A stretch of DNA of 46,751 nucleotides. It comes from Patescibacteria group bacterium. GTDB taxonomy: Bacteria; Patescibacteriota; Minisyncoccia; HO2-45-28. The position numbers and the translations under genes were made by a program. Under the pieces are notes generated by a model that worked only from the letters and a program-made list of their open reading frames with translations, did not search any database and was not told the DNA's origin. Positions 25,937 to 34,800 of the stretch are shown piece after piece; position 1 is the first letter of the stretch, and every line of letters begins with the position of its first letter. The DNA lies in contig JADFMT010000001.1 in assembly GCA_022563755.1 (NCBI GenBank), positions 1 to 46,751 on the forward strand, in the 5' to 3' direction.

Positions 25937-27601
25937 TTACTCGCCACCTACCCGTATTAATTCATCAAGTGAAGTTGCACCTTCAAGAACTTTCAGTACG
26001 CCGTCCTGGAACATTGTGATCATTTCCTGTTTTTTCATCGCTTCTTTCAGATCTCCTTCAGAAGGTTTTTTTAGGATAAGTTTTTCTACGGCGTCATCAA
26101 CTAAAAAAGCTTCGTAAATACCGATTCGACCTTTGTAACCAATCGTATTGCATTCCTTACACCCCCCGGCCTTCCATATATGGCTTATTTTCTCAATATC
26201 TTTTTTATAGCGAGGAGGAATTTCTTTAAGCGCATCGGTAATGGTTTTTGCCTCTTTTGGAGTTGGTTTTACTTTCTTTTTGCAGTGAGAGCAGAGTTTT
26301 CGCACCAGTCTTTGCGCCATAGTTGCATTGATGGCGGGCGCAATAATGGCCGGATCCGTCTTAAGATCAATCAGACGGGGAATGGTTCCGGCAGCATTAT
26401 TGGTATGGAGCGTTGAGAAAACCAGGTGACCGGTAAGTGCGGCATGCATGGCAATCTCGGCGGTTTCTAAGTCTCGAATCTCGCCAACCAGAATCACATC
26501 CGGATCCTGTCGTAAAATAGAGCGCAGCCCATTGGCAAAGGTATAGCCTTTTGAGGCATCCACCTGGGTTTGGCTAATGCCTGCAAGATGATACTCAACC
26601 GGATCTTCAATAGTGATTATTTTGATTCCTGGTTCGTTGACGCTTTTGACAAATGCATAAAGCGTGGTGGTTTTCCCAGAACCGGTTGGTCCTGTGGTTA
26701 AAATCATTCCGTTTGGACGCGCAATTTCGTGCTCAATGATTTTTTGAAATTCAGGATGCATGCCCAAATCTTTGAGGGTAAGGGCGATGGTTTTAGGATT
26801 CAGCACTCTGAGTACCAACGTTTCTCCAAAAGGTCCGGGAAGGGAGGAGACTCGTACTTCCATGTTTACTTCTTTCGTGCGGATCGTAAATCGTCCGTCT
26901 TGGGCTCGGTCGCGAACATTTAATTTCATCTCCGAGATGAGTTTAATGCGCGAGAGTATTAAATTATATGCGGATATATTGAATGCGACGATCTCATGAA
27001 GCACACCGTCGAGACGGAATCTCATTTTGGTTTTTTCTTCTTGGGGCTCAAGATGAACGTCTGAGGCATCGAGGGCCAAAGCGCCTGCAAGAATAACTTC
27101 CACTACTTCCGAAATTTTTCTAATTTTTTGTGCTTTGGCATAGGGCGAGAGCAACTTTTGAAAATCTTGAATACTTTTTACTTTTTGTTTGGATTCCTCG
27201 AGGCGTTCCGGAGAAATGTCGATAGATCCAGCGACCATCTCTTTAAAGACTGGAATTTCTTCGTAGCGTGACCAGGCGCGCTTCAGGCTGGTTTCTGAGA
27301 CCAAAAAAAGCTCGGTTTCATACCCTTCATCAGAAAGTTTTTTTAAAACTTCTTTGGTTTTTAGGCGCTCGGGATTTAGGACCGCGATTTGCAGACGCTT
27401 TGCGATTTTTTGAAAGACTGCCATCTCTCCATCTTGCGCTTCCGCCTCCGGAACTAACTTAAGCGCATCGAGGTCAATGGTCATGCGTGAAAGATCGCCA
27501 TAGGGAAGGCCGTGTTTTTCAGAAAGGATGCGTGCTAAATCCTCAGCTTCTTTTTCGCGAAGTTCTTCTAGTTGGATTTTGACATCCGTATTTTTTGCCA
27601 T
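25937..27601 (-). CDS. pilB: GspE/PilB-family secretion/pilus assembly ATPase
   Basis: Walker A TGPTGSGKTTTLY, Walker B ILVGEIRD, His box GHLVFSTLHTN, a tetracysteine motif CSHCKK...CKEC, and a GspE-type N-terminal domain. Confidence 0.85.
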   Translation of the reverse strand: MAKNTDVKIQLEELREKEAEDLARILSEKHGLPYGDLSRMTIDLDALKLVPEAEAQDGEMAVFQKIAKRLQIAVLNPERLKTKEVLKKLSDEGYETELFLVSETSLKRAWSRYEEIPVFKEMVAGSIDISPERLEESKQKVKSIQDFQKLLSPYAKAQKIRKISEVVEVILAGALALDASDVHLEPQEEKTKMRFRLDGVLHEIVAFNISAYNLILSRIKLISEMKLNVRDRAQDGRFTIRTKEVNMEVRVSSLPGPFGETLVLRVLNPKTIALTLKDLGMHPEFQKIIEHEIARPNGMILTTGPTGSGKTTTLYAFVKSVNEPGIKIITIEDPVEYHLAGISQTQVDASKGYTFANGLRSILRQDPDVILVGEIRDLETAEIAMHAALTGHLVFSTLHTNNAAGTIPRLIDLKTDPAIIAPAINATMAQRLVRKLCSHCKKKVKPTPKEAKTITDALKEIPPRYKKDIEKISHIWKAGGCKECNTIGYKGRIGIYEAFLVDDAVEKLILKKPSEGDLKEAMKKQEMITMFQDGVLKVLEGATSLDELIRVGGE

Positions 27602-27625
27602 AAGTGCCTAAATTTTAAATAGGTT

Positions 27626-28708
27626 TTATGTATTTATTCTATACGATAGGCTTTCTTTTAACAATTCTCGAAGTTTTATCTCCGCCTCTGAGAAGGTAGG
27701 AAATGAAGGGCCAAAAAAATAAAGACTCTTCGGTTCTCTGCCCAGACGTTCAGCCATGCCAGTAAGAATTGCTGTATTTTCCCCAAAGATTATTGTGCCA
27801 ATCTCACTCGCCTCATAGCAGAGGATAGAAAATGGTTGATGTTGAATGAATTTGCGAATCTTTCTGATAAGCGCGACTAGCATATCTTCCGCGGGCTCCA
27901 GCTGGGTTTTTTCAAAGTCTTTTCGGCTAAGAAAAGTCCAGCTGGTTTTAAGTCCGGTATCAATAGTGGTGCGTGCAAGTGCGCGCCCGAAAAGTTGGGC
28001 TCTCGCAATATCTTTTTCTTGCTCTACAATGTTGCTTACCGCCGTATGATTCGCCCCTTTATTTAAAAGAGCGCTTGCGAGCGCAAAAGTTTTTGCGCTC
28101 GCGGCATTTTGCATGTGGCCGGTTTCGTAGATGAGCGAAGCAAAAAGTAACGTGGTGACGGTCTCATCCGAAGCCAAGGATTCATTCAATGTTTCATCGA
28201 TATCATGTATTTTTTCTGAAAGAGTTCGAGAATTTTTTAAAAGAAAAATGATTTTTTCTTGGGGAGGCTTTGCAACCGGAGTTTGTATTTTTCGAGACTC
28301 AGCTTCGTCTTCTCGGAAAAAATAAAAAGCCGTGTCCACCTCATAGGGCACTTTTTCAATGGAGAGCTCGTCAGGTTCCATGGGTTCTTTTGGAGAGATA
28401 ACAATGCCAAGGGCATCGGGTTCTTCTTCATAGCGTATTTCCTCCAAGGCAATATTTTTAGGGATTTTGATCTTTATTTTTTGAATGATTTTTGGATTTT
28501 CGCGAATCGAGAAAATGGTTTTGAACTTTTCTTGAAAAGTGTTCGAGAGAGGGGGCCAGAAAAAAATTTCTTTATCATGGTTTTCGAGTATCTTTTTAAG
28601 CGCAAGGCTTGCAAGTAGTGTAGCCTCCTCTGCCGAGGGGTCGAGGGCAATCAAAAAACGTTTACCATTTTCTATGAATTCTTTGATTGTTCCCTCTCGG
28701 TCGTTCAT
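27626..28708 (-). CDS. DHH/DHHA1-superfamily-like protein with degenerate catalytic motifs (tentative)
   Basis: 360 aa, with a layout like NrnA-type phosphoesterases. Motif positions read FLIALDPSAEEATLLASLAL and LIYETGHMQN instead of H..PDGDA.GS and ..DTG.F, and no DHH triad was seen. Confidence 0.35.
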   Translation of the reverse strand: MNDREGTIKEFIENGKRFLIALDPSAEEATLLASLALKKILENHDKEIFFWPPLSNTFQEKFKTIFSIRENPKIIQKIKIKIPKNIALEEIRYEEEPDALGIVISPKEPMEPDELSIEKVPYEVDTAFYFFREDEAESRKIQTPVAKPPQEKIIFLLKNSRTLSEKIHDIDETLNESLASDETVTTLLFASLIYETGHMQNAASAKTFALASALLNKGANHTAVSNIVEQEKDIARAQLFGRALARTTIDTGLKTSWTFLSRKDFEKTQLEPAEDMLVALIRKIRKFIQHQPFSILCYEASEIGTIIFGENTAILTGMAERLGREPKSLYFFGPSFPTFSEAEIKLRELLKESLSYRINT

Positions 28709-28749
28709 GGCTTTATTCCTAGCATTTTTTTTGACTTAAGACAATGTTG

Positions 28750-28838
28750 ACCCAAAAACCCTTCGTGGCGTAGTTTCGAAAGCGCGATTCCAACGGCTCA
28801 CTGGACGATTCACCCGCTTGAGCCGTTGGTTTTTGGGT
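28750..28838 (+). other. Orphan nested-helix element / plus-strand intrinsic-terminator-like hairpin with no upstream plus-strand gene
   Basis: The outer helix pairs acccaaaaacc (28750-28760) with ggtttttgggt (28828-38). The inner 11-bp hairpin pairs ccaacggctca (28790-28800) with tgagccgttgg (28819-29), followed by TTTTT. Confidence 0.4.
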
Positions 28839-28870
28839 GCTTGCAAGAGTACCGAACTATAATGAAGCTC

Positions 28871-28899
28871 TTGACCTTTTTTATTTTATAGTGTATAAT
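28871..28899 (+). promoter_or_regulatory. Near-consensus sigma70-type promoter (TTGACC - 17 nt - TATAAT)
   Basis: ttgacc at 28871-76, an exact 17-nt spacer, and tataat at 28894-99. GGAGG SD at 28935-39 lies 5 nt before ATG 28945. Confidence 0.6.
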
Positions 28900-28944
28900 A
28901 TTGTAAGAAGGTATTGAAAAAAACCCCAAGAAAAGGAGGTTGAA

Positions 28945-29502
28945 ATGCGTTATCTAGTTCTTTTAGGCGTGATGCTGTTAGTGCTTTCCGGATGTGCAAC
29001 TGTGAAATTCGTGGACTGGCCGGTTTTGCCGATGGACGATATCAAAAGCGAAAAAAAACTCCGAGGGGAGCGCGTTTTCATCGTCTACAATGGCCCTACG
29101 TGCAAGGGCGGGCAGAGTTCCATGGACCAATGGGTTCCCGCGGTCGAAGGCATCATTAAGGAAAGCTTCCGGATCCGGGGGGCGATTGTGGTAGATAACC
29201 ACCCGACGCACATGGGCAAGATCTCCTACGGGAAAACGTTCCCGTACGCTTTCATCGTAAGCGTCTGCCTTTCTGGTGTGCCGGATGGCCGGATCCGATA
29301 CACCCACACCCGTCGATACGTTGCCTTTATCCATATGGACATGATCAGTCGGCGGTGGCACGTGGTTGCCTCTGGCGCAGGCCAGCATAATTTCTCGGAT
29401 GACCCTGTCTACGGCACCGAGCCCATCAAGGCGTGGCAGCAGGCCGCGCGCGAAGCGGTTTGCAAGCTGCATCCGTACTGCAGGCCGCGCACATCAAAAT
29501 AG
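28945..29502 (+). CDS. Lipoprotein of unknown function in a GC-rich (about 58% in sampled stretch) cassette
   Basis: Signal peptide with lipobox MRYLVLLGVMLLVLSGC. The composition is much more GC-rich than the flanks, with shadow ORFs open on the opposite strand. The cassette has its own promoter and terminator. Confidence 0.65.
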   Translation: MRYLVLLGVMLLVLSGCATVKFVDWPVLPMDDIKSEKKLRGERVFIVYNGPTCKGGQSSMDQWVPAVEGIIKESFRIRGAIVVDNHPTHMGKISYGKTFPYAFIVSVCLSGVPDGRIRYTHTRRYVAFIHMDMISRRWHVVASGAGQHNFSDDPVYGTEPIKAWQQAAREAVCKLHPYCRPRTSK

Positions 29503-29506
29503 CTTT

Positions 29507-29542
29507 AACCCCGACCGTCTGCAAATGAGCAGGGTCGGGGTT
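29507..29542 (+). terminator. Intrinsic terminator of the lipoprotein cassette
   Basis: aaccccgacc (29507-16) pairs with ggtcggggtt (29533-42), with extra inner pairs ctgc/gcag, followed by tttattcttgccttttttt. Confidence 0.6.
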
Positions 29543-29566
29543 TATTCTTGCCTTTTTTTCGTTACA

Positions 29567-30037
29567 ATGAGGTCTATGAGGTTGTTGAAACTCGAGACGA
29601 GAAGTGCTCATGAGACTCAAAAAATTGCAGAAATTTTAGCTCAAGAATTAAAAAAAAATTTTCTTAGGCGTCAAGCAATGGTAATTGCACTATCGGGCGA
29701 TCTGGGAGGCGGGAAAACCACGTTTACGAAAGGATTTGCTAAAGGACTCGGAATTCGGGAGAACATTTTAAGCCCTACGTTTTTGATTCTTAAAACGTAT
29801 AAACTCCGAGGAAAATATTACACACTTTTCACGCATATCGATGCATACCGTTTAGAAAAACCAAAAGAGATTTTGAACCTTGGGTGGAGAGAATTGGTTA
29901 AAAATCCAAAAAATATGATTATCATTGAATGGGCAAAAAATATAGAAAAAATTCTGCCAAAGATATTTTTAAATATTAAATTTAATTTTGTCTCTCTCAA
30001 TGCCCGGGAGCTCATCTTTAATGTCCGAGAAAAATAA
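29567..30037 (+). CDS. tsaE: tRNA t6A37 biosynthesis ATPase TsaE (YjeE)
   Basis: ALSGDLGGGKTTFTKGFAKGLG, SPTFLILKTY, HIDAYRL and IIIEW. The ORF-track start 29366 would run through the upstream gene and its terminator, so ATG 29567 (MRSMRLLKLE) was chosen. Confidence 0.85.
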   Translation: MRSMRLLKLETRSAHETQKIAEILAQELKKNFLRRQAMVIALSGDLGGGKTTFTKGFAKGLGIRENILSPTFLILKTYKLRGKYYTLFTHIDAYRLEKPKEILNLGWRELVKNPKNMIIIEWAKNIEKILPKIFLNIKFNFVSLNARELIFNVREK

Positions 30038-32375
30038 AACCAAAAAGAAGCTATTGGTGATACTGGATGCGCATGCGATTTTGCATCGCGCCTATCATGC
30101 CCTGCCGTCATTTACCTCACCGAAAGGCGAGTCGACCGGAGCGCTATATGGATTTTCCAGCATGCTTTTAAGAATCATCCGCGAGTTCAAGCCCGATTAT
30201 ATCGTTGCAGCCTACGACTTAGCCGAGCCCACGTTCCGGCACATTGCCTATGAAAAATACAAAGCAAAGCGCCCTAAAGTAGAAGAAGAATTGATCTCTC
30301 AGTTTGACAGGTCGCGCGAGATCCTGAAGTTTTTTCATATTCCCGTTTATGAAAAGGCAGGTTTTGAAGCAGACGATGTTATTGGCACGGTTGTTGAGAA
30401 AAATAAAAAAGAAAAAAATATAGATATTATGATTGCCTCCGGTGATCTTGATACTCTGCAGTTGGTTTCAGGAAAAAAAGTCCAAGTCTACACACTTCGA
30501 AAGGGCAGTGAAGAAGCGATCTATGACGAGAAGGCAGTGCTAGATCGTTTTGGATTTGGGCCCGAGCTTCTGCCGGATTTTAAAGGGCTTCAAGGCGATC
30601 CTTCAGATAACATTCCCGGCGTGCGCGGCATTGGCGAGAAAACCGCCAAGGAACTGATTAAAAAATTTGGAACGCTTGAGAATATTTTAAAACTCGCCAA
30701 AGAAAATCCTGAAAAACTCAAAGCATCTGGGATTAAAGAGCGCATTATCAACCTTTTAGTTGAGGGAGAGGAAGAAGCGCTTTTTTCAAAAATCCTTGGA
30801 CTGATTAGAAGAGATGCGCCAATATCTTTTCATGTAAAAGAAGCGCAGTGGAAGAGTTTTGATCGAGAAAAGTTAGAAGCGTTTTTTAGGGAATTGGGTT
30901 TTTTCAGCCTTTTGTCACGCCTGCCTGATGGGGGTGAAGGGGCGAAAAGCTCTTTTAAAGAAAAGATAGACCCGAAATTAGAAAAAAAATTATCCGTAGC
31001 AGCCTGGCTCCTAGATTCTCGTCGCATCAACATAACGCCGGAAGAGGTGTTTCATATCACAAATACGAAAACTACAAAAGAAGCATTCGCATGGCTTGAG
31101 AGCGAGCTTAAAAAAGAAGGACTGAAGACATTTTTTGACGATATTGAGCTTCCCTTGATCGATATTTTAGATGAGATGCAGCGTACCGGAATCCTTATTG
31201 ATATCCCTCTTTTGAAAAAACTTTCCAAAAAGTATGAGGAAGAAATTTCAACACTGGAGAAAAAAATCTGGAAATTAGCAGGAACCGAATTCACTATGAA
31301 TTCACCAAAACAATTATCCGAAGTGCTGTATAACAGATTGAAGATTAATGTAAAAGGCATTCGAAAAACCGGGACGGGTGCACGCTCAACCAGTTTTCCC
31401 GAGCTTAAAAAATTAAAAGGAGCGCATCCCATCATTGAGTTTATTATCCAATATCGAGAGCTTGCAAAACTCAAGTCGACTTACATCGACGCACTCCCGG
31501 TTTTGGCAGATGGCGCTTCTAGGCTCCATACAACGTTTAATCAGGCCGGTACCGTAACCGGGCGATTTTCTTCTCAAAATCCGAATTTGCAAAATATTCC
31601 CATCCGAACCGAGCTTGGTCGAGGGGTGCGCAGAGCGTTTATTGCACCGCCCGGCCACCTGCTTTTGTCTGCGGATTACTCACAGATTGAGCTCCGGATC
31701 GCGGCAATTCTTTCGGGCGACAAAATCATGAAAGAAGCATTTTTAAAAGGGAAGGACATTCATCAGGCAACGGCTGCTCAAATTTTTAACGTGGAGCCTG
31801 AAAAAGTGACGAGCGAGATGCGCAGAGTCGCGAAAACCATTAATTTCGGGATTCTATACGGCATGGGAGTGCGCGCGCTTGCCGAGAATTTAGAAATATC
31901 GCTCGACGAGGCGCGGCGCTTTTATGACGAATATTTTCAGGACTTCTCCGGTATAAAAAAATATATTGAAGAGACAAAAGAAAGGGCGCAAAAAGACGGA
32001 GTTACCAAAACCTTATTCGGACGCAGACGACATTTTCCAGAACTGCAAGCATTGCCAGAGTATTTAAGACATGATTATTTGCGAATGGCAGTTAACGCGC
32101 CGATTCAGGGGACTGCTGCTGACATCATGAAAATGGCAATGATAAGGGTATATAGGGCGATTCAAAAGGATAAAGAACTTGCCGGCACCATAAAAATGGT
32201 TCTGCAGATTCATGACGAGCTTTTATTTGAGGTGAAAAAAGACGCTCTTGAAAAAGCCGCACGTATCATCAAAAAAGAAATGGAAGCAGTATATAAAAAT
32301 GATATCCCCTTGATCGTGGACATCCGCACAGGAGCCAATTGGACCGATTTAAAAGGATTAGAAATTAAAAATTAG
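30021..32375 (+). CDS. polA: DNA polymerase I (5'-3' exonuclease + polymerase domains)
   Basis: 5' nuclease motifs (LLVILDAHAILHRAYHA, GFEADDVIGT, GDLDTLQL, GVRGIGEKTA). Pol A motifs DYSQIELRI, RRVAKTINFGILYG and QIHDELLFE. Start chosen at ATG 30021 (MSEKNKTKKK). Confidence 0.9.
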   Translation: MSEKNKTKKKLLVILDAHAILHRAYHALPSFTSPKGESTGALYGFSSMLLRIIREFKPDYIVAAYDLAEPTFRHIAYEKYKAKRPKVEEELISQFDRSREILKFFHIPVYEKAGFEADDVIGTVVEKNKKEKNIDIMIASGDLDTLQLVSGKKVQVYTLRKGSEEAIYDEKAVLDRFGFGPELLPDFKGLQGDPSDNIPGVRGIGEKTAKELIKKFGTLENILKLAKENPEKLKASGIKERIINLLVEGEEEALFSKILGLIRRDAPISFHVKEAQWKSFDREKLEAFFRELGFFSLLSRLPDGGEGAKSSFKEKIDPKLEKKLSVAAWLLDSRRINITPEEVFHITNTKTTKEAFAWLESELKKEGLKTFFDDIELPLIDILDEMQRTGILIDIPLLKKLSKKYEEEISTLEKKIWKLAGTEFTMNSPKQLSEVLYNRLKINVKGIRKTGTGARSTSFPELKKLKGAHPIIEFIIQYRELAKLKSTYIDALPVLADGASRLHTTFNQAGTVTGRFSSQNPNLQNIPIRTELGRGVRRAFIAPPGHLLLSADYSQIELRIAAILSGDKIMKEAFLKGKDIHQATAAQIFNVEPEKVTSEMRRVAKTINFGILYGMGVRALAENLEISLDEARRFYDEYFQDFSGIKKYIEETKERAQKDGVTKTLFGRRRHFPELQALPEYLRHDYLRMAVNAPIQGTAADIMKMAMIRVYRAIQKDKELAGTIKMVLQIHDELLFEVKKDALEKAARIIKKEMEAVYKNDIPLIVDIRTGANWTDLKGLEIKN

Positions 32376-32384
32376 AAATTTACC

Positions 32385-33278
32385 GTGTTATATCTTCTTT
32401 ATGGAAAAGATACGTTTCGTTCGAGAAAGAATCTTCATGAAATTCTTGATGTTTTGGAGAAGAAAAATAAGGAGGCAGCATTATACCGCATAAACGCAGA
32501 GAGCGTTGATGAAGAGTCGTTCGTACAGCTTTTACGAAGCGACAATTTATTTGGCCAAAAATGTATCGTGGTTTTTGAGCAAATGCTCGAGAGCGAATGG
32601 CAAAAATTGTTGTTTGAGAACACGAAAACTATGGCAGAATCTTTAAATATCTATATTCTTTTTGAAGAAAATGTTTCTGCCCCTATCGTTAAAAAAATTG
32701 GGCGTATATCCCAAAAAGTTCAAAAGTTTGATCTTCTTAAAGAAAGCGAGCTTAAGAGTTGGATTGTAAAAGAGGTAAATAGTCGCGGCCTTTCATTATC
32801 CGATCAAGAACTTAACATTTTAATATCGAGTTTTAATAGCAACCTCTGGGCAATTAATGGTGCGCTTGAGCTTAGGCAACTCGGTGGAGATATTTATTAT
32901 AGCGATTTCTTTTATCGGCCGTTTGAATTGGTTGATTTATTTTCCAAACGCCAGATGCGTGATGCTTATCTCTCTTTTCATAAAAACCGCAGAGGCGGCA
33001 TCACTTCAGAGGAAATGTTTTGGAAGCTCTGGTGGCAAGTGAAAATGTTGCTCGCCGTCTCTTCTTATAAAGACGAAGGCCTAAACAATTTTCAAATCAA
33101 ACAAAAAACCGGATTTCATCCGTTTGTGATTCAAAAAAGCCTGCAGGCACTCTCGCGCTTCAGCCGTGAGGAGCTTGAGAAAATTTTCGACGAGCTTTTT
33201 ACCATGTGGCATGAATCCCGCCTTGAGCAATCAGATTTATCTTTAAAAATAGAACGATTGCTACTCGGTCTTAATTGA
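32385..33278 (+). CDS. holA: DNA polymerase III delta subunit
   Basis: 297 aa with a GTG start. The N-terminus is LYLLYGKDTFRSRKNL, with typical holA length and helical C-domain. Its 3' end overlaps convergent rpsT by 18 nt. Confidence 0.55.
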   Translation: MLYLLYGKDTFRSRKNLHEILDVLEKKNKEAALYRINAESVDEESFVQLLRSDNLFGQKCIVVFEQMLESEWQKLLFENTKTMAESLNIYILFEENVSAPIVKKIGRISQKVQKFDLLKESELKSWIVKEVNSRGLSLSDQELNILISSFNSNLWAINGALELRQLGGDIYYSDFFYRPFELVDLFSKRQMRDAYLSFHKNRRGGITSEEMFWKLWWQVKMLLAVSSYKDEGLNNFQIKQKTGFHPFVIQKSLQALSRFSREELEKIFDELFTMWHESRLEQSDLSLKIERLLLGLN

Positions 33279-33527
33279 AATCAACTTGGTCAACCGTGAT
33301 TTTTTGCGGTTGGCGGCATTTTTATGAATTACGTTTCGCTTGGCTGCTTTGTCAAGCGCTTTGTAAGCTTGGGGTAATAATTTGAGCGCCTCTTTTTGTT
33401 TGCCGGCCTTGACCAGTTTTTTAATTTTTCCAACCACGTCTTTAATTGCCCCTTTGCGTTTAAGGTTTCTTGCATGCCGTTTTTTAGATTGACGCAATGC
33501 TTTTTTTGCTGATTTAATGACAGGCAT
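33261..33527 (-). CDS. rpsT: 30S ribosomal protein S20
   Basis: MPVIKSAKKALRQSKKRHARNLKRK... and VIHKNAANRKKSRL. 88 aa and basic. Confidence 0.85.
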   Translation of the reverse strand: MPVIKSAKKALRQSKKRHARNLKRKGAIKDVVGKIKKLVKAGKQKEALKLLPQAYKALDKAAKRNVIHKNAANRKKSRLTKLISIKTE

Positions 33528-33576
33528 TTTCTTACTATATACAAATCTCGCAATAAATCAATATCGGGGCCGCTTT

Positions 33577-34716
33577 TCATAAAAATAGCGGCTTAGGAAT
33601 AAGCCGCTTTACCGGGACGTCGCAAGCCCGTCTCGTGTTTGTTGGATGATCTCTATGCCGCGATACAAGAAGGTTCATTCTCCATTCTTTATCGTCCGGG
33701 AAAAAGATGTGATACATCTTTTCTTTGATCATTATACCCAGTCTTGATTCAATGTCGCCGTAGTGGTGAAGCCAATTGTCATTACGTAATGCCCAACCGA
33801 TGCGTATTTTTGGGAATGTCCCGAATTCTAAACAGCACGTAGTAAGTTCACAGTAAGGATTTTTCTTTTTGATCTCCTCGGCAATAGCGACCTCAATGAT
33901 TCCTGGCAATGGAGTTGTTACAGAATTCGGCATTCGCGATGATTGAACGGTTTTATACCAGCGTTTTGCCCTCTAATATTCTGACCCCTCTGGCAAAGAT
34001 TCAACGATGATAGAAGTCTGTCCATAAGAGCCTAATCCTGTATGGATATCGAGCCAGCCGACAGCCTGAATACCAGCCGATACCTGTTCTCGAATAATTC
34101 TTCGAAAAAGTACATTCAGGGGAGATTCTTGAAAACCACCGAATTGTACTCCTTGGGAATATTTATATTGCCCACGTGTAAATGCTTCTTGGAGGTCCTT
34201 GCCGTATTTACGCGCATACTTAAGAGGAATTTTTAAGCTTTGTATTTCGGATATATCGATGCGTGCAGGATTAAAAACATCGCAAAGTTCATCATAAAGC
34301 GGGTTTTTAGTATGATCTTCGGGGTGAGAAAGAAAATTGCGATTCAGATCTTCGTTATCAGGACCAACTCTACGAAGCCATGAGGCCCCAAAAGGATTTA
34401 TTATGTGTATAAAAAGCAGCCCTATGTCTTTTGGCAGACTAAGGCCGTCAAAGTGTTCTTTGAGTGTATGTTCTTGTATCAAGCTCCCCGCATACGCTTC
34501 TATTCCATGTACTCCAGAACTTACTCCAATTAAGCGAACGGGCTCCGTTGGCCCTATGTAGACAACGTCAATTGCGAGTTCTTCTCCATATTTACCTCGA
34601 ACACCCGTCAAAACGTAAGAAGTAACTTTGACACCCCGATTTTCTGCAGTTTTAAGAAAAGCTTCTCGAGCCTGAATATATGTGGGCTTACGCACATCGA
34701 TGAGTGCGATAGACAT
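33577..34716 (-). pseudogene. DUF2817 / M14-like metallopeptidase-family gene interrupted by one in-frame TAG (ORFs 33973..34716 and 33577..33933 share a frame)
   Basis: The N-part YIQAREAFLKTAENRGV...EELAIDVVYIGP...IGVSSGVHGIEAYAGS and the C-part LEFGTFP...ALRNDNWLHH match my recollection of the DUF2817 pattern. The minus-strand read-through is ...GSEY-TAG-RAKRWYKTVQSSR-MPNSV..., with no frameshift. Confidence 0.5.
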
Positions 34717-34800
34717 TTTTTACCTTTGTTAAGGTTGGGAAGCGTTGTATTCCGCTTACTATGATATCAGCGGGTGGGCACCTGTCAATTATACAGGAGA

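Noticed and set aside
28978-29472. 164-aa minus-strand ORF, plus the N-terminal 67 codons of the 29366..30037 ORF, overlapping the lipoprotein gene
   Set aside because: These are shadow ORFs typical of GC-rich DNA. The plus-strand gene has a promoter, SD, lipobox and terminator. The 29366 start would read through that terminator, so tsaE was restarted at ATG 29567.
33973-33975. Possibility that TAG is reassigned (a sense codon) in this organism
   Set aside because: dnaA (17581-83) and polA (32373-75) terminate at TAG with normal protein lengths and downstream gene starts, so TAG is a functional stop here.
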